Under the pieces are notes generated by a model. It saw only the letters and a program-made list of their open reading frames with translations. It ran no database searches and was not told the origin of the DNA. Below, one piece after another: positions 39,736 through 51,363 of a DNA stretch of 64,000 nt. A program made the translations under genes and the position numbers. The stretch lies in assembly GCF_057098645.1 (NCBI RefSeq), contig NZ_CM169472.1. The stretch is one strand, 5' to 3'. Within the stretch, counting starts at the first letter, position 1; each line of letters opens with the position of its first letter.

Positions 39736-39775
39736 AATAAAAACTTGTAAAATCAGTTAGTTTACCCTTAATCCC
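39736..39775. other. Approximate attR junction
   Basis: Lies between the int stop and the point where mlrA coding homology resumes; exact core cannot be set without attL. Confidence 0.4.
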
Positions 39776-40452
39776 TGTCACGTTACGCGCGTGGCAGAGG
39801 CGTTACGGATTGCTGAAACCGCAACGGACAGACGGCGGTCATCGGCTGTTCAACGATGCCGATATTGACCGGATCCGCGAGATCAAACGCTGGATCGACA
39901 ACGGCGTGCAGGTCAGCAAAGTTAAAATGCTGCTCAGTAATGAAAATGTTGATGTGCAGAACGGCTGGCGCGATCAGCAAGAAACATTACTGACTTACCT
40001 GCAAAGCGGCAATCTACATAGCCTGCGAACGTGGATCAAAGAGCGCGGTCAGGATTACCCCGCCCAGACACTCACCACACATCTGTTTATTCCTCTGCGC
40101 CGACGGCTTCAGTGCCAACAACCGACTCTCCAGGCGCTGCTGGCGATCCTCGACGGCGTACTGATCAACTACATCGCCATTTGTCTGGCTTCGGCACGTA
40201 AAAAACAGGGTAAAGATGCGCTGGTGGTTGGCTGGAATATTCAGGATACCACCCGTCTGTGGCTGGAGGGCTGGATTGCCAGTCAACAAGGATGGCGCAT
40301 TGATGTCCTCGCCCACTCGCTCAATCAACTACGCCCTGAACTATTCGAAGGCCGTACATTGCTGGTGCGGTGAAAATCGAACCTCCGCCCAACAGCAGCA
40401 ACTCACCAGTTGGCAAGAACAAGGCCATGATATTTTCCCACTCGGCATTTAA
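39771..40452 (+). pseudogene. mlrA: mlrA (yehV), 5'-truncated by prophage insertion, apparent frame break near 40370
   Basis: Translation IPVTLRAWQRRYGLLKPQRTDGGHRLFNDADIDRIREIKRW... lacks the first ~15 codons; C-terminal CGENRTSAQQQQLTSWQEQGHDIFPLGI is in another frame. Confidence 0.75.
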
Positions 40453-40511
40453 TGATTCGTTAACAAATGCGCTTTACTGTACAATCCTTTCGTTAACATA
40501 AGGAGTGCATT

Positions 40512-40619
40512 ATGCGCATAGCTAAAATTGGGGTCATCGCCCTGTTCCTGTTTATGGCGTTAGGCGGAATTGGTGGCGTCATGCTCGCAGGTTATACCTT
40601 TATTTTGCGTGCTGGCTAA
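40512..40619 (+). CDS. yohO: Small membrane protein YohO
   Basis: [35 protein letters not shown]. Confidence 0.7.
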
Positions 40620-41331
40620 GCGCCTGCACCAGCCTTTCAAACAGGCGGTCTGCGATGATCGCCGCCAGTGCCACCAGTAACGCCCCCTGGATCACATACG
40701 CGGTATTAAATCCGCTAAGCCCGATGATGATGGGCGTACCCAGCGTGCTGGCCCCTACCGTTGAGGCGATCGTCGCCGTACCAATGTTGATAATCACCGA
40801 AGTTCGCACGCCCGCCAGAATCACCGGAGCCGCCAGCGGTAGCTCGACCTTACGCAGTCGCTGACCACGACTCATTCCCATACCTTTCGCAACTTCTGTC
40901 ACGCTGGCATCAATCGCTCCCAGCCCGGCAAGTGTCGCCTGCAGGACGGGCAGCACACCGTAAAGGATCAAGGCGATAATCGCTGGTTGCAGACCAAAGC
41001 CGATCACCGGAACGGCGATCGCCAGCACTGCGACGGGCGGAAAAGTCTGTCCAACGGCGGCAATAGTTTCCACCAGTGGGCGAAATTCCGCGCCCCACGG
41101 GCGAGTGACAGCAATTCCGGCACCAGTGCCAATGATCACCGCAAACAAACTCGAAATTCCCACCAGCCAGAAATGAGCCAGTGCCAGAGCTGCAAAACTT
41201 TCTTGCTGATAAACGGGTCGTGGCAGTTGTGGGAACAAGGCAGCAAACAGCGGCTGGCTGTAAGGCAGCCAGAAAATCAGCGCCACAAACAGAGCAATGA
41301 GCCAGAACAGCGGATCGCGCAACATCTTCAT
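40600..41331 (-). CDS. yehW: Osmoprotectant ABC transporter permease
   Basis: 243-aa multi-TM permease; conserved yehZYXW order. Confidence 0.85.
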
Positions 41332-41335
41332 ACGC

Positions 41336-42262
41336 TTACGCCTCCACCAGCAGATCCTGAAAATGCAGCGTGCCGCAAGGCTGGCCCTGCATGTTCACCA
41401 CCGGCAGCACCTCGCATCCCCGCGCAACAAACAGAGAGAGCGCATCGCGTAGCGTCATCTCTTCTGCCAGTGCCTCACCATCTGCTCGTTCTTCGCGACG
41501 CACGTAATCCGCCACACTACGTAACGAAAGCAGGCGCACACCCAGTTCACTACGTCCAAAAAACTGGCGGACAAAATCATTCGCCGGACGAGTCAGCATC
41601 GTCAGCGGATTGCCCTGCTGCACTACTTCACCGTGATCCATCAATACCAGATGTTCTGCCATCCGTAGCGCCTCATCAATATCATGAGTGACCAGCACAA
41701 TGGTACGCCCCAGCAAACGGTGAATGCGCGTCATCTCTTGTTGCAACGCGCCGCGCGTTACCGGGTCCAGTGCGCCAAAAGGTTCATCCATTAGTAAGAC
41801 TTGCGGATCGGCAGCCAGTGCACGCGCCACTCCCACACGTTGCTGCTGACCACCGGAAAGCTGATGCGGATAACGCTCACGCAAATTTGACTCCAGCCCC
41901 AGTAGCGCCATTAATTCGTCGATACGATCGTCAATCCGCGCCCGCGACCATTTTTGTAATTGCGGCACGGTAGCGATGTTTTGCGCCACGCTCCAGTGGG
42001 GGAACAGGCCAATAGATTGAATGGCATAGCCCATCCGGCGGCGCAACTCCAGTACTGGCAGCGAGCGAATTTCTTCTCCGGCAAAGCGGATCTCTCCGCT
42101 GTCATGCTCCACCAGGCGGTTAATCATTTTCAGGGTGGTGGATTTGCCGGAGCCAGATGTGCCAATCAGCACCGAAAAACTCCCTTCCTGAAAATTGAGA
42201 TTGAGATCGTTAACGGCTTTTTGTGCGCCGAACAGTTTGCTGACATGGCTAAATTCAATCAT
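41336..42262 (-). CDS. yehX: Osmoprotectant ABC transporter ATP-binding protein
   Basis: Walker [13 protein letters not shown] signature LSGGQQQR, Walker B LLMDEP. Confidence 0.9.
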
Positions 42263-43412
42263 TACGTTTCACCTTCAGCAGTGCGATAAGCAAATCGAAC
42301 AGCGCGTCGGTAAGCACCGCCAGAACAATTACCGGGATCACCCCCAGCAACACTAAATCAATGGCGCTGCTTAGCAGCCCCTGGAAAACCAGCGCACCAA
42401 AACCGCCTGCGCCGATTAACGCCGCAATCACCGCCATACCTACAGTTTGCACCATCACCACCCGCAGGCTGCGCAGAAATACCGGTAACGCCAGCGGTAA
42501 CTGAACATGCAGGAAACGCTGCGCCCCGCTCATCCCCATCGCTCTGGCGCTTTCCAGCACATCGCGCGGGATCTGGTTCAAACCGACTACCACGCCGCGC
42601 ACCAGCGGCAGCAAGGCATAGAGCACCAGCGCAATCAGTGCGGGTGTCATTCCGGTTCCTGCTATGCCGAGCGTCCCCAGCCACGGAAAGGCCGTAACCA
42701 GCGCGGCAAGCGGCGCAATCAACAGGCCAAAGAGCGCCACCGAAGGCACGGTCTGAATCACATTGAGCAGAGAAAAAATTGCCCCCTGCCGAGCAGTGGA
42801 AAAGTAGCACCAGATGCCCAACGGCACACCAATCACTAACGCAGGCAGCACCGCACCAAACAGCAACGTCAGATGTTGTGCCAGCGCGTCGTCAAACACA
42901 TCCTGACGGTTGGCGTATTCTTTCATTAGTGAGAGATCGTTAAGCGTGCCGGAGTACAGCAACCACAGCGGAATAATGGCAATCTGCATATGCAACAACC
43001 AGCGCCACAGCGGATGCGTGGAGATTCGGCGGATGGCATCGCTACAGGCCAGCAATGCCAGCGCCGCAGCCAGCCAGAAACCACTGCCGAGGCTGGTACG
43101 CGCCAGCGCACTGCCATTTTGCGCCAGTTGGGTCGCCGCCTTTCCAGCTCCCCACACCAGCAATACGAAGACGAATTGCGCCAGAATGAGTGCACAAATG
43201 CTGCCTTTTTTACCGGGAATAAAACAGGCCGTCAGCCAGGCGCAACCAACGCCCACCAGCATCCAGATCGTTTGCGGCCACAGCTGCCAGAGATGACGCC
43301 CCTCACCCGAAACTAAACGATTAGGCGCGTAACTGATAAACGGCAGCGCCGCTGCGATTGCCGTCAGCAACAGCAGCAGCGCCAGAACAGGATTAATACG
43401 GAAATAAGTCAC
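42255..43412 (-). CDS. yehY: Osmoprotectant ABC transporter permease
   Basis: 385-aa permease. Confidence 0.85.
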
Positions 43413-43418
43413 GGGAAA

Positions 43419-44336
43419 TTACTTCGTCCACCCTTTTTGTTTCAGGTAGTCGGCAGCCACTTTTTTGGCATCCAGTCCTTCCACAGCAATGCTGGCATTC
43501 AGTTGCTGCAATGTTTTTGCATCGAGGCTGGCGAAGACTGGCTGTAGCCACTGTGCCATTTGCGGATACTCCCTCAACACCGACTCACGCACCACTGGTG
43601 CAGGCGCGTAGATAGGTTGCACACCTTGCGGATCGCTTAAGGTTTGCAGCCCCAGCGCCGCTACCGGGCCGTCAGTGCCGTAAGCCATTGCAGCATTAAC
43701 GCCAGAGGTTTGCTGGGCAGCGGCTTTGATCGTCACCGCCGTGTCGCCACCAGCCAGTGACAGCAACTGATCCTGACCGAGCTTAAAGCCATAGGCTTTT
43801 TCAAACGCGGGTAACGCATCGGCGCGTTCGATAAACTCTGCCGAGGCTGCCAGTTTGAAGGTGCCGCCCTCTTGCAGATAACGACTCAGGTCGGCAAGCG
43901 AAGTGAGTTTATTTTTCTCTGCCACATCCTGACGCACGGCGATAGTCCAGGTGTTATTTGCAGGCGCGGGCGTCAGCCAGATTAACTTGTTGTGCTCCGA
44001 ATCGAGCTTTTTGACTTTCTCGTAACCTTGCTGCGCGTTTTTCCACGCTGCATCGTTTTCATCTTTAAAGAAGAAAGCGCCATTGCCGGTATATTCCGGA
44101 TAGATATCCAGTTCACCGGAAGTAATCGCCCCGCGCACCACAGGAGTCGTTCCGAGTTGCACTTTATTCACCGTCGGTACGCCGTGGCTTTCCAGCACCT
44201 GCAAAATGATATTGCCGAGTAGCGCACCTTCGGTATCGATTTTTGAACCGACTTTAACGGGGGAAGCCGCCTGTAGCGGCAGGCTCACGGCTGCCAACAT
44301 AACCAGTGAACCTGCCCAGAGCTTTAAGAGTGGCAT
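43419..44336 (-). CDS. osmF: Periplasmic glycine betaine-binding protein
   Basis: 305 aa with signal peptide; substrate-binding protein of the yeh system. Confidence 0.85.
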   Translation of the reverse strand: MPLLKLWAGSLVMLAAVSLPLQAASPVKVGSKIDTEGALLGNIILQVLESHGVPTVNKVQLGTTPVVRGAITSGELDIYPEYTGNGAFFFKDENDAAWKNAQQGYEKVKKLDSEHNKLIWLTPAPANNTWTIAVRQDVAEKNKLTSLADLSRYLQEGGTFKLAASAEFIERADALPAFEKAYGFKLGQDQLLSLAGGDTAVTIKAAAQQTSGVNAAMAYGTDGPVAALGLQTLSDPQGVQPIYAPAPVVRESVLREYPQMAQWLQPVFASLDAKTLQQLNASIAVEGLDAKKVAADYLKQKGWTK

Positions 44337-44465
44337 GATGCTTTCCTCATTCTTTTACTGTTGTTTTCAGCGAATTAAGAGAAAAGCATAGTTGATAATG
44401 GCGGGGTTAGCTTGAGCGGAAGGATTCAGTTGCAGAATCAGATAAATACTTAAGAGGCATATTCG

Positions 44466-44545
44466 GTCCGGCGTTTCCTGCCGGATGCGGCGCGAGCGCC
44501 TTATCCGGCCTACAAAGGGCGCAAACGTCGCGCCCTTACTAAAGC
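44466..44545. repeat. REP element
   Basis: gccggatgcggcgcgagcgccttatccggcctacaa motif. Confidence 0.7.
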
Positions 44546-44546
44546 A

Positions 44547-46844
44547 TTACAGCAACTCAAACTCGCCTTTCTTAACGCGTGCGGAATCAGTGCCGATAAA
44601 GACATTGAACTTGCCAGGCTCGGCGTCATATTTCATCTGTTGATTCCAGAACTTCAGCGCCTCAATATCGATCGGGAAGCTGACAGTCTGAGTTTCGCCC
44701 GGTTTCAGGGTGATTTTCTCAAAGCCTTTCAGCTGTTTCACAGGGCGACTCATGGAAGCCGTCACATCCTGCAAGTACATCTGCACTACCGTGGCACCCT
44801 CGCGCTTACCGGTGTTCGTCACCTGCACGCTGGCAGTCACTTTGCCGTCACGCTTCATGGTCGGCGCAGAAAGTTTCACATCAGAGACGGTGAAAGTGGT
44901 GTAGCTCAGCCCATAGCCGAACGGATACAACGCCCCGTTAGCTTCATCAAAATAACGCGAAGTGTATTTGTTCGGCTTGTCGGCATTATACGGGCGACCG
45001 GTATTCAGATGGCTGTAGTACACCGGGATCTGCCCGACAGAACGCGGGAAGGACATTGGCAGCTTGCCGGACGGGTTGTAATCGCCAAACAATACATCGG
45101 CAATTGCATTACCGCCTTCAGTCCCCGCAAACCAGGTTTCCAGAATCGCATCAGCCTGCTGATCTTCTTTCACCAGCGCCAGCGGACGCCCGTTCATCAG
45201 CACCAGCACCAGCGGTTTACCGGTGGCTTTCAGCGCCGCAATCAAGTCACGTTGGCTTTGCGGAATAGTGATATCGGTCCGGCTGGAGGCTTCGTGCGCC
45301 ATCCCCTGTGCTTCACCGACTACAGCCACCACCACATCAGATTGTTTCGCCGTCTGCACCGCTTCATCAATCATCTCTTGCGGCGAACGCGGATCGACTT
45401 TGACCGCTTCTTCATACTGATTCAGGAAATCGATAATGCCTTTGTCACTGGTAACGTTCGCCCCTTTGGCATACAGCACTTTACCGTTTTCACCGACGGC
45501 ATTTTTAATCCCGGTCAGTACGGTCACGGATTGATCGGCAACACCGGCTGCGGACCAGCTGCCCATCACGTCACGTTTACTGTCCGCCAGTGGCCCAACC
45601 ACCGCAATGGTGGCCGATTTTTTCAGCGGTAACGTTTCGAGACGGTTTTTCAGCAACACCAAGCTTTCGCGCGCCACTTCACGCGCTTCTTTACGGTGCA
45701 GGCGGCTTTCGGCATTGGTATCCACCGGGTCAGACTCTTTCGGCCCCAAATGGCTGTATGGGTCGTTAAACAACCCCATATCATATTTAACGTTCAGTAC
45801 ATGGCGGGCAGCATCGTCCAGCTCTGCCATCGTCACTTTGCCGGATTTAATCAACCCAGGCAGATACTTCGAGTAGTACTCGTCGCTCATGCTCATGTTG
45901 ATTCCGGATTTCAGCGCCACGCGCACCGCATCTTCCGGGTCTGCCGCCGTGCCATGTTTAATCAGCTCTTTGATTGCACCGTGATCGGAAACGGTGATGC
46001 CTTTAAAGCCCCACTGGTCGCGCAGAACATCTTTCAGCAGCCAGGAATCGGAGGTGGCTGGCGTGCCGTTCAGCGAGTTCAGCGCCACCATCACCGCGCC
46101 GCTGCCTGCGTCCAGCCCCGCTTTGTACGGCGGCATATAATCATTAAACAGGCGCTGCGGACTCATATCGACGGTGTTGTACTCTTTACCGCCTTCTACC
46201 GCGCCGTATGCGGCAAAGTGTTTGACGCTGGTCATCACCGAGTAGCGATCTGCCGGGCTTTTACCCTGCATCGCTTCCACCATGGTTTTACCCATTGTTG
46301 AGGTGAGATACGTATCTTCGCCAAAACCTTCGGAAGCACGTCCCCAGCGCGGATCGCGCGAGACATCGACCATCGGTGCCCAGGTCATATTCAGGCCATC
46401 ATCTGCCGCTTCATAAGCAGAGACACGTCCGACCGTTTTCACTGCATCGAGGTTAAAAGACGAGGCCAGACCGAGGCTAATCGGGAACACCGTGCGCTGA
46501 CCGTGCAGCACGTCGTAAGCAAAGAAAAGAGGAATTTTCAGGCGGCTTAATTCCATCACCTGATCCTGCATGGCGCGGATATCCTGACGGGTTACGGTGT
46601 TGAAAATCGCCCCAACCTGACCGTCTTTGATCATCTCGCGGATCGCCTCTTTCGGGTTATCCGGGCCGACGCTGATTAAGCGCAGCTGACCAATTTTCTC
46701 ATCAACTGTCATTTTCTTAAGCAGTTCGGTGACGAACGCATCCCGCGCTTCGGGCGTTAATGGATGGTTGCCGAATAAATCATCCGCCAGTGCTGGCTGC
46801 AGGGCCAGACTCACCGCGATTCCTACTGAACATAGCCATTTCAT
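44547..46844 (-). CDS. bglX: Periplasmic beta-glucosidase
   Basis: MKWLCSVGIAVSLALQPALA signal peptide, GH3 family. Confidence 0.9.
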   Translation of the reverse strand: MKWLCSVGIAVSLALQPALADDLFGNHPLTPEARDAFVTELLKKMTVDEKIGQLRLISVGPDNPKEAIREMIKDGQVGAIFNTVTRQDIRAMQDQVMELSRLKIPLFFAYDVLHGQRTVFPISLGLASSFNLDAVKTVGRVSAYEAADDGLNMTWAPMVDVSRDPRWGRASEGFGEDTYLTSTMGKTMVEAMQGKSPADRYSVMTSVKHFAAYGAVEGGKEYNTVDMSPQRLFNDYMPPYKAGLDAGSGAVMVALNSLNGTPATSDSWLLKDVLRDQWGFKGITVSDHGAIKELIKHGTAADPEDAVRVALKSGINMSMSDEYYSKYLPGLIKSGKVTMAELDDAARHVLNVKYDMGLFNDPYSHLGPKESDPVDTNAESRLHRKEAREVARESLVLLKNRLETLPLKKSATIAVVGPLADSKRDVMGSWSAAGVADQSVTVLTGIKNAVGENGKVLYAKGANVTSDKGIIDFLNQYEEAVKVDPRSPQEMIDEAVQTAKQSDVVVAVVGEAQGMAHEASSRTDITIPQSQRDLIAALKATGKPLVLVLMNGRPLALVKEDQQADAILETWFAGTEGGNAIADVLFGDYNPSGKLPMSFPRSVGQIPVYYSHLNTGRPYNADKPNKYTSRYFDEANGALYPFGYGLSYTTFTVSDVKLSAPTMKRDGKVTASVQVTNTGKREGATVVQMYLQDVTASMSRPVKQLKGFEKITLKPGETQTVSFPIDIEALKFWNQQMKYDAEPGKFNVFIGTDSARVKKGEFELL

Positions 46845-47039
46845 ATGGATTTTTCTTCCTTTGTTGCCCGACGTGGCAGCGAAAATGGTGCAAAAACCGT
46901 AGTTTGCCATAAGCATGATGGAGAGAGAAAAAGAATGCTCAGTTTATTGTCTGAATTTTCAAAATATTCACTCGCTGAATTGTTATACAAGGCGCTATTC
47001 TAGTTTGTGATATTTTTTCGCCACCACAAGGAGTGGAAA

Positions 47040-48755
47040 ATGTCTTCCATGACAACAACTGATAATAAAGCCTTTTTGAATGAACTTGCTCGTCTGGTGG
47101 GTTCTTCACACCTGCTCACCGATCCCGCAAAAACGGCCCGCTATCGCAAGGGCTTCCGTTCTGGTCAGGGCGACGCGCTGGCTGTCGTTTTCCCTGGCTC
47201 ACTACTAGAATTGTGGCGGGTGCTGAAAGCCTGCGTCACCGCCGACAAAATTATTCTGATGCAGGCCGCCAATACAGGCCTGACCGAAGGATCGACGCCA
47301 AACGGTAACGATTATGATCGCGATGTCGTTATCATCAGCACCCTGCGTCTCGACAAGCTGCACGTTCTTGGCAAGGGCGAACAGGTGCTGGCCTATCCGG
47401 GCACCACGCTCTATTCGCTGGAAAAAGCCCTCAAACCGCTGGGACGCGAACCGCACTCAGTGATTGGATCATCGTGTATAGGCGCATCGGTCATCGGCGG
47501 TATTTGTAACAACTCCGGCGGCTCGCTGGTGCAACGTGGCCCGGCGTATACCGAAATGTCGTTATTCGCGCGTATAAATGAAGACGGCAAACTGACGCTG
47601 GTGAACCATCTGGGGATTGATCTGGGCGAAACGCCGGAGCAGATCCTTAGCAAGCTGGATGATGATCGCATCAAAGATGACGATGTGCGTCACGATGGTC
47701 GTCACGCCCACGATTATGACTATGTCCACCGCGTTCGTGATATTGAAGCCGACACGCCCGCACGTTATAACGCCGATCCTGATCGGTTATTTGAATCTTC
47801 TGGTTGCGCCGGGAAGCTGGCGGTCTTTGCAGTACGTCTTGATACCTTCGAAGCGGAAAAAAATCAGCAGGTGTTTTATATCGGCACCAACCAGCCGGAA
47901 GTGCTGACCGAAATCCGCCGTCATATTCTGGCTAACTTCGAAAATCTGCCGGTTGCCGGGGAATATATGCACCGGGATATCTACGATATTGCGGAAAAAT
48001 ACGGCAAAGACACCTTCCTGATGATTGATAAGTTAGGCACCGACAAGATGCCGTTCTTCTTTAATCTCAAGGGACGCACCGATGCGATGCTGGAGAAAGT
48101 GAAATTCTTCCGTCCGCATTTTACTGACCGTGCGATGCAAAAATTCGGTCACCTGTTCCCCAGCCATTTACCGCCGCGCATGAAAAACTGGCGCGATAAA
48201 TACGAGCATCATCTGCTGTTAAAAATGGCGGGCGATGGCGTGGGCGAAGCCAAATCGTGGCTGGTGGATTATTTCAAACAGGCCGAAGGCGATTTCTTTG
48301 TCTGTACGCCGGAGGAAGGCAGCAAAGCGTTTTTACACCGTTTCGCCGCTGCGGGCGCAGCAATTCGTTATCAGGCGGTGCATTCCGATGAAGTCGAAGA
48401 CATTCTGGCGTTGGATATCGCTCTGCGGCGTAACGACACCGAGTGGTATGAGCATTTACCGCCGGAGATCGACAGCCAGCTGGTGCACAAGCTCTATTAC
48501 GGCCATTTTATGTGCTATGTCTTCCATCAGGATTACATAGTGAAAAAAGGCGTGGATGTGCATGCGTTAAAAGAACAGATGCTGGAACTGCTACAGCAGC
48601 GCGGCGCGCAGTACCCTGCCGAGCATAACGTCGGTCATTTGTATAAAGCACCGGAGACGTTGCAGAAGTTCTATCGCGAGAACGATCCGACCAACAGCAT
48701 GAATCCGGGGATCGGTAAAACCAGTAAACGGAAAAACTGGCAGGAAGTGGAGTAA
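47040..48755 (+). CDS. dld: FAD-dependent D-lactate dehydrogenase
   Basis: MSSMTTTDNKAFLNELARLVGSSHLLTD... Confidence 0.9.
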   Translation: MSSMTTTDNKAFLNELARLVGSSHLLTDPAKTARYRKGFRSGQGDALAVVFPGSLLELWRVLKACVTADKIILMQAANTGLTEGSTPNGNDYDRDVVIISTLRLDKLHVLGKGEQVLAYPGTTLYSLEKALKPLGREPHSVIGSSCIGASVIGGICNNSGGSLVQRGPAYTEMSLFARINEDGKLTLVNHLGIDLGETPEQILSKLDDDRIKDDDVRHDGRHAHDYDYVHRVRDIEADTPARYNADPDRLFESSGCAGKLAVFAVRLDTFEAEKNQQVFYIGTNQPEVLTEIRRHILANFENLPVAGEYMHRDIYDIAEKYGKDTFLMIDKLGTDKMPFFFNLKGRTDAMLEKVKFFRPHFTDRAMQKFGHLFPSHLPPRMKNWRDKYEHHLLLKMAGDGVGEAKSWLVDYFKQAEGDFFVCTPEEGSKAFLHRFAAAGAAIRYQAVHSDEVEDILALDIALRRNDTEWYEHLPPEIDSQLVHKLYYGHFMCYVFHQDYIVKKGVDVHALKEQMLELLQQRGAQYPAEHNVGHLYKAPETLQKFYRENDPTNSMNPGIGKTSKRKNWQEVE

Positions 48756-48792
48756 AAATTACGGATGGCAGAGTATCGCCATCCGAATTCAC

Positions 48793-49725
48793 TTAATCGT
48801 TCTGTGCCGTCTGCCCCGCCGCCGCCATTTGGGCGGCTTTTTGTTTTTTATAGCTCAACGCTGCTGCCGGCACAGGCATCACTTTACCGGTTTCAATCCA
48901 GGTACGCAGGCGGCTGGCATCGGCAAAATGGGTATATTTGCCAAACGCGTCCATCACTACCAGCGCCACCGGTTTATTATTGATAACCGTACGCATCACC
49001 AGACAATGGCCCGCCGCATTGGTAAAGCCGGTTTTGGTTAACTGAATATTCCAGTTATCGCGATACACCAGATGATTAGTATTGCGGAACGGCAGCGTAT
49101 ACGTCGGATTAGAGAAGGTTGCCATATCTTCCCGGGTAGTACTTAACTGCCCGATCAACGGATATTGTTTGCTGGCAATGAGCAGTTTGGTTAAGTCACG
49201 GGCAGTTGAAACGTTATGCACCGACAATCCGGTAGGTTCAACAAAGCGCGTGTTGTTCATTCCGAGCGATTTCGCTTTCGCATTCATTGCCTTAATAAAG
49301 GCTTTGTAACCACCGGGATAATGGTGCGCAAGGCTTGCCGCCGCGCGGTTTTCTGAAGACATCAGCGCCAGCAACAGCATATCTTTACGGCTGATTTCGC
49401 TATTCAGTCGTACGCGCGAATAGACCCCTTTCATCTCCGGCGTCTGGCTGATATCCACTTTTAGTTTTTCATCCAGCGGCAGTCGTGCATCCAGCACAAC
49501 CATCGCGGTCATTAATTTGCTGATAGACGCAATCGGACGCACCAGATCCGGGTGGTTCGAATAGATCACTTTGTTGGTATTCAGATCAACAATCATCGCG
49601 CTACCGGAGGCAATTTCCGGTTGTGAAGCGGTGGTAGCGGCTGCCGTTTTCGCAACGGCCTGCGGTGCAAAAGGCACAGCCAGCATCAGGGCCAGGCTAA
49701 ATAAAGAAACTCGAAATTTCGGCAT
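48793..49725 (-). CDS. pbpG: D-alanyl-D-alanine endopeptidase (PBP7)
   Basis: Signal peptide plus SxxK motif ([11 protein letters not shown]). Confidence 0.9.
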
Positions 49726-49898
49726 GATGAGCATTCAGATAGTGGTTCACGCGCACGGGTTGCGCACCGCCGGAGTAAGGATTTACTGAGGCTAGCGACG
49801 CCATCATAACGAGCAAAAAGTGCGATCGTCAAAGGAGAATCGTGAGGAAATGCTGCATTGCTGACATTTACGCCAGCAATGCAACGTCAAAGAACTTT

Positions 49899-50486
49899 CT
49901 AGAACAAACGATAACCGTAGCCCCATAGTATAACGGTTAGGGCGAGCAGCACTTCCAGTACCAGCACGCCAATCGCCAGCGTCGAACTAGAGAAGCTAAG
50001 GCCTTCCTCTTTGTTGATATTCAGGAAGCTCGGAATACCAAGGTAAAGCAGGTAGCCGGTGTAAAACAGCGCCACCGTGCCGACCAGCGCACACAACCAG
50101 ACCAGTGGATAAAGCGCCACCAGACCGCTTAAAAACAGCGGAGTTGCAACGTAGCCCGCGAAGACCATGCAGTGCGCAAGTGACGGACGCTGCGGATAAT
50201 TACGCGCCATCCACCAGATGACCCGCCCCATCACCGCGACCCCAGCCAGCATAACGCCGTAAAACAAGACAGCCAGCGCCAGTCCGGTAAACCAGGATAA
50301 CTTCAGGATAGTGCCATCGCCAAAATTCCAGCCAATCTGTGTAGTGCCAATGAAGGCGCAAATCACCGGAATCGCCGCCATCAGCAAAACGTGGTGGGTG
50401 TAATGGTGAGAAATCGTTTCGTTTTCGCGATTAATCACCTGCATTTCACGATCGGGATGGGAAAACAGTCCCCAGACATGGCTCAT
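49899..50486 (-). CDS. yohC: Inner membrane protein YohC
   Basis: Multi-TM protein in conserved position. Confidence 0.8.
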   Translation of the reverse strand: MSHVWGLFSHPDREMQVINRENETISHHYTHHVLLMAAIPVICAFIGTTQIGWNFGDGTILKLSWFTGLALAVLFYGVMLAGVAVMGRVIWWMARNYPQRPSLAHCMVFAGYVATPLFLSGLVALYPLVWLCALVGTVALFYTGYLLYLGIPSFLNINKEEGLSFSSSTLAIGVLVLEVLLALTVILWGYGYRLF

Positions 50487-50655
50487 ACCGCCCCCTTGTT
50501 GTGAGTTCATGAACCTGACAGTTCAAGTATAAGTCAGCTTGTGATTATTTTTTGTTCGCCCATGTAATTTTCACTGTCTGATGAACGTCCTTTTTCAGCG
50601 TGAATGATTCACAGGGTGTATGCTTACTGGCAACCAAAGGGAGACAGACTGGCCT

Positions 50656-51234
50656 ATGGATCTCAATACACTTATCTCACAATATGGTTATGCCGCGCTG
50701 GTGATCGGTAGCCTGGCGGAAGGTGAAACCGTGACTTTGCTGGGAGGCGTTGCGGCGCATCAGGGGCTATTAAAGTTCCCGCTGGTGGTACTTTCTGTGG
50801 CGCTTGGCGGCATGATTGGCGACCAGGTGCTCTATCTGTGCGGGCGGCGGTTTGGCGGCAAGCTGTTACGCCGTTTCTCGAAACATCAGGATAAAATTGA
50901 GCGGGCGCAGAAACTTATCCAACGCCATCCGTATCTGTTTGTCATTGGTACGCGCTTTATGTATGGCTTTCGGGTGATTGGCCCGACGCTGATTGGTGCC
51001 AGCCAGCTGCCGCCGAAAATCTTTCTGCCGCTGAATATTCTCGGCGCATTTGCCTGGGCGTTGATTTTTACCACTATTGGTTACGCTGGTGGTCAGGTGA
51101 TTGCGCCGTGGTTGCACAATCTCGACCAGCATTTGAAGCACTGGGTCTGGTTGATTCTGGTCGTGGTTCTGGTGGTGGGCGTGCGCTGGTGGCTGAAACG
51201 ACGCGGGAAGAAAAAGCCGGATCATCAGGCGTAA
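50656..51234 (+). CDS. yohD: DedA-family inner membrane protein YohD
   Basis: MDLNTLISQYGYAALVIGSLAEGE... Confidence 0.8.
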   Translation: MDLNTLISQYGYAALVIGSLAEGETVTLLGGVAAHQGLLKFPLVVLSVALGGMIGDQVLYLCGRRFGGKLLRRFSKHQDKIERAQKLIQRHPYLFVIGTRFMYGFRVIGPTLIGASQLPPKIFLPLNILGAFAWALIFTTIGYAGGQVIAPWLHNLDQHLKHWVWLILVVVLVVGVRWWLKRRGKKKPDHQA

Positions 51235-51363
51235 AACCATTGCCCTGGATAAGGCGTTCGCGCCGCATCCGACATCCGGAGTACCATGCCTGATACGACG
51301 CTTGTGCGTCTTTTCATGCCGACCAAAATATTACCCAATGAAATATCCACGCACCTCACTGCG

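Larger units (their letters stand above)
1..39770. mobile_element. Lambdoid prophage, partial (right portion; left end outside window), integrated in mlrA/yehV
   Basis: Contiguous phage modules: tail, head/packaging, lysis, Q, nin, O/P, cII-cro-cI, N, red, xis-int. Integrase ends at 39735 and mlrA homology resumes at about 39771. Confidence 0.85.

Noticed and set aside
40987-41691. 234-aa plus-strand ORF
   Set aside because: Antisense to the yehW and yehX genes, which have clear ABC-transporter motifs.
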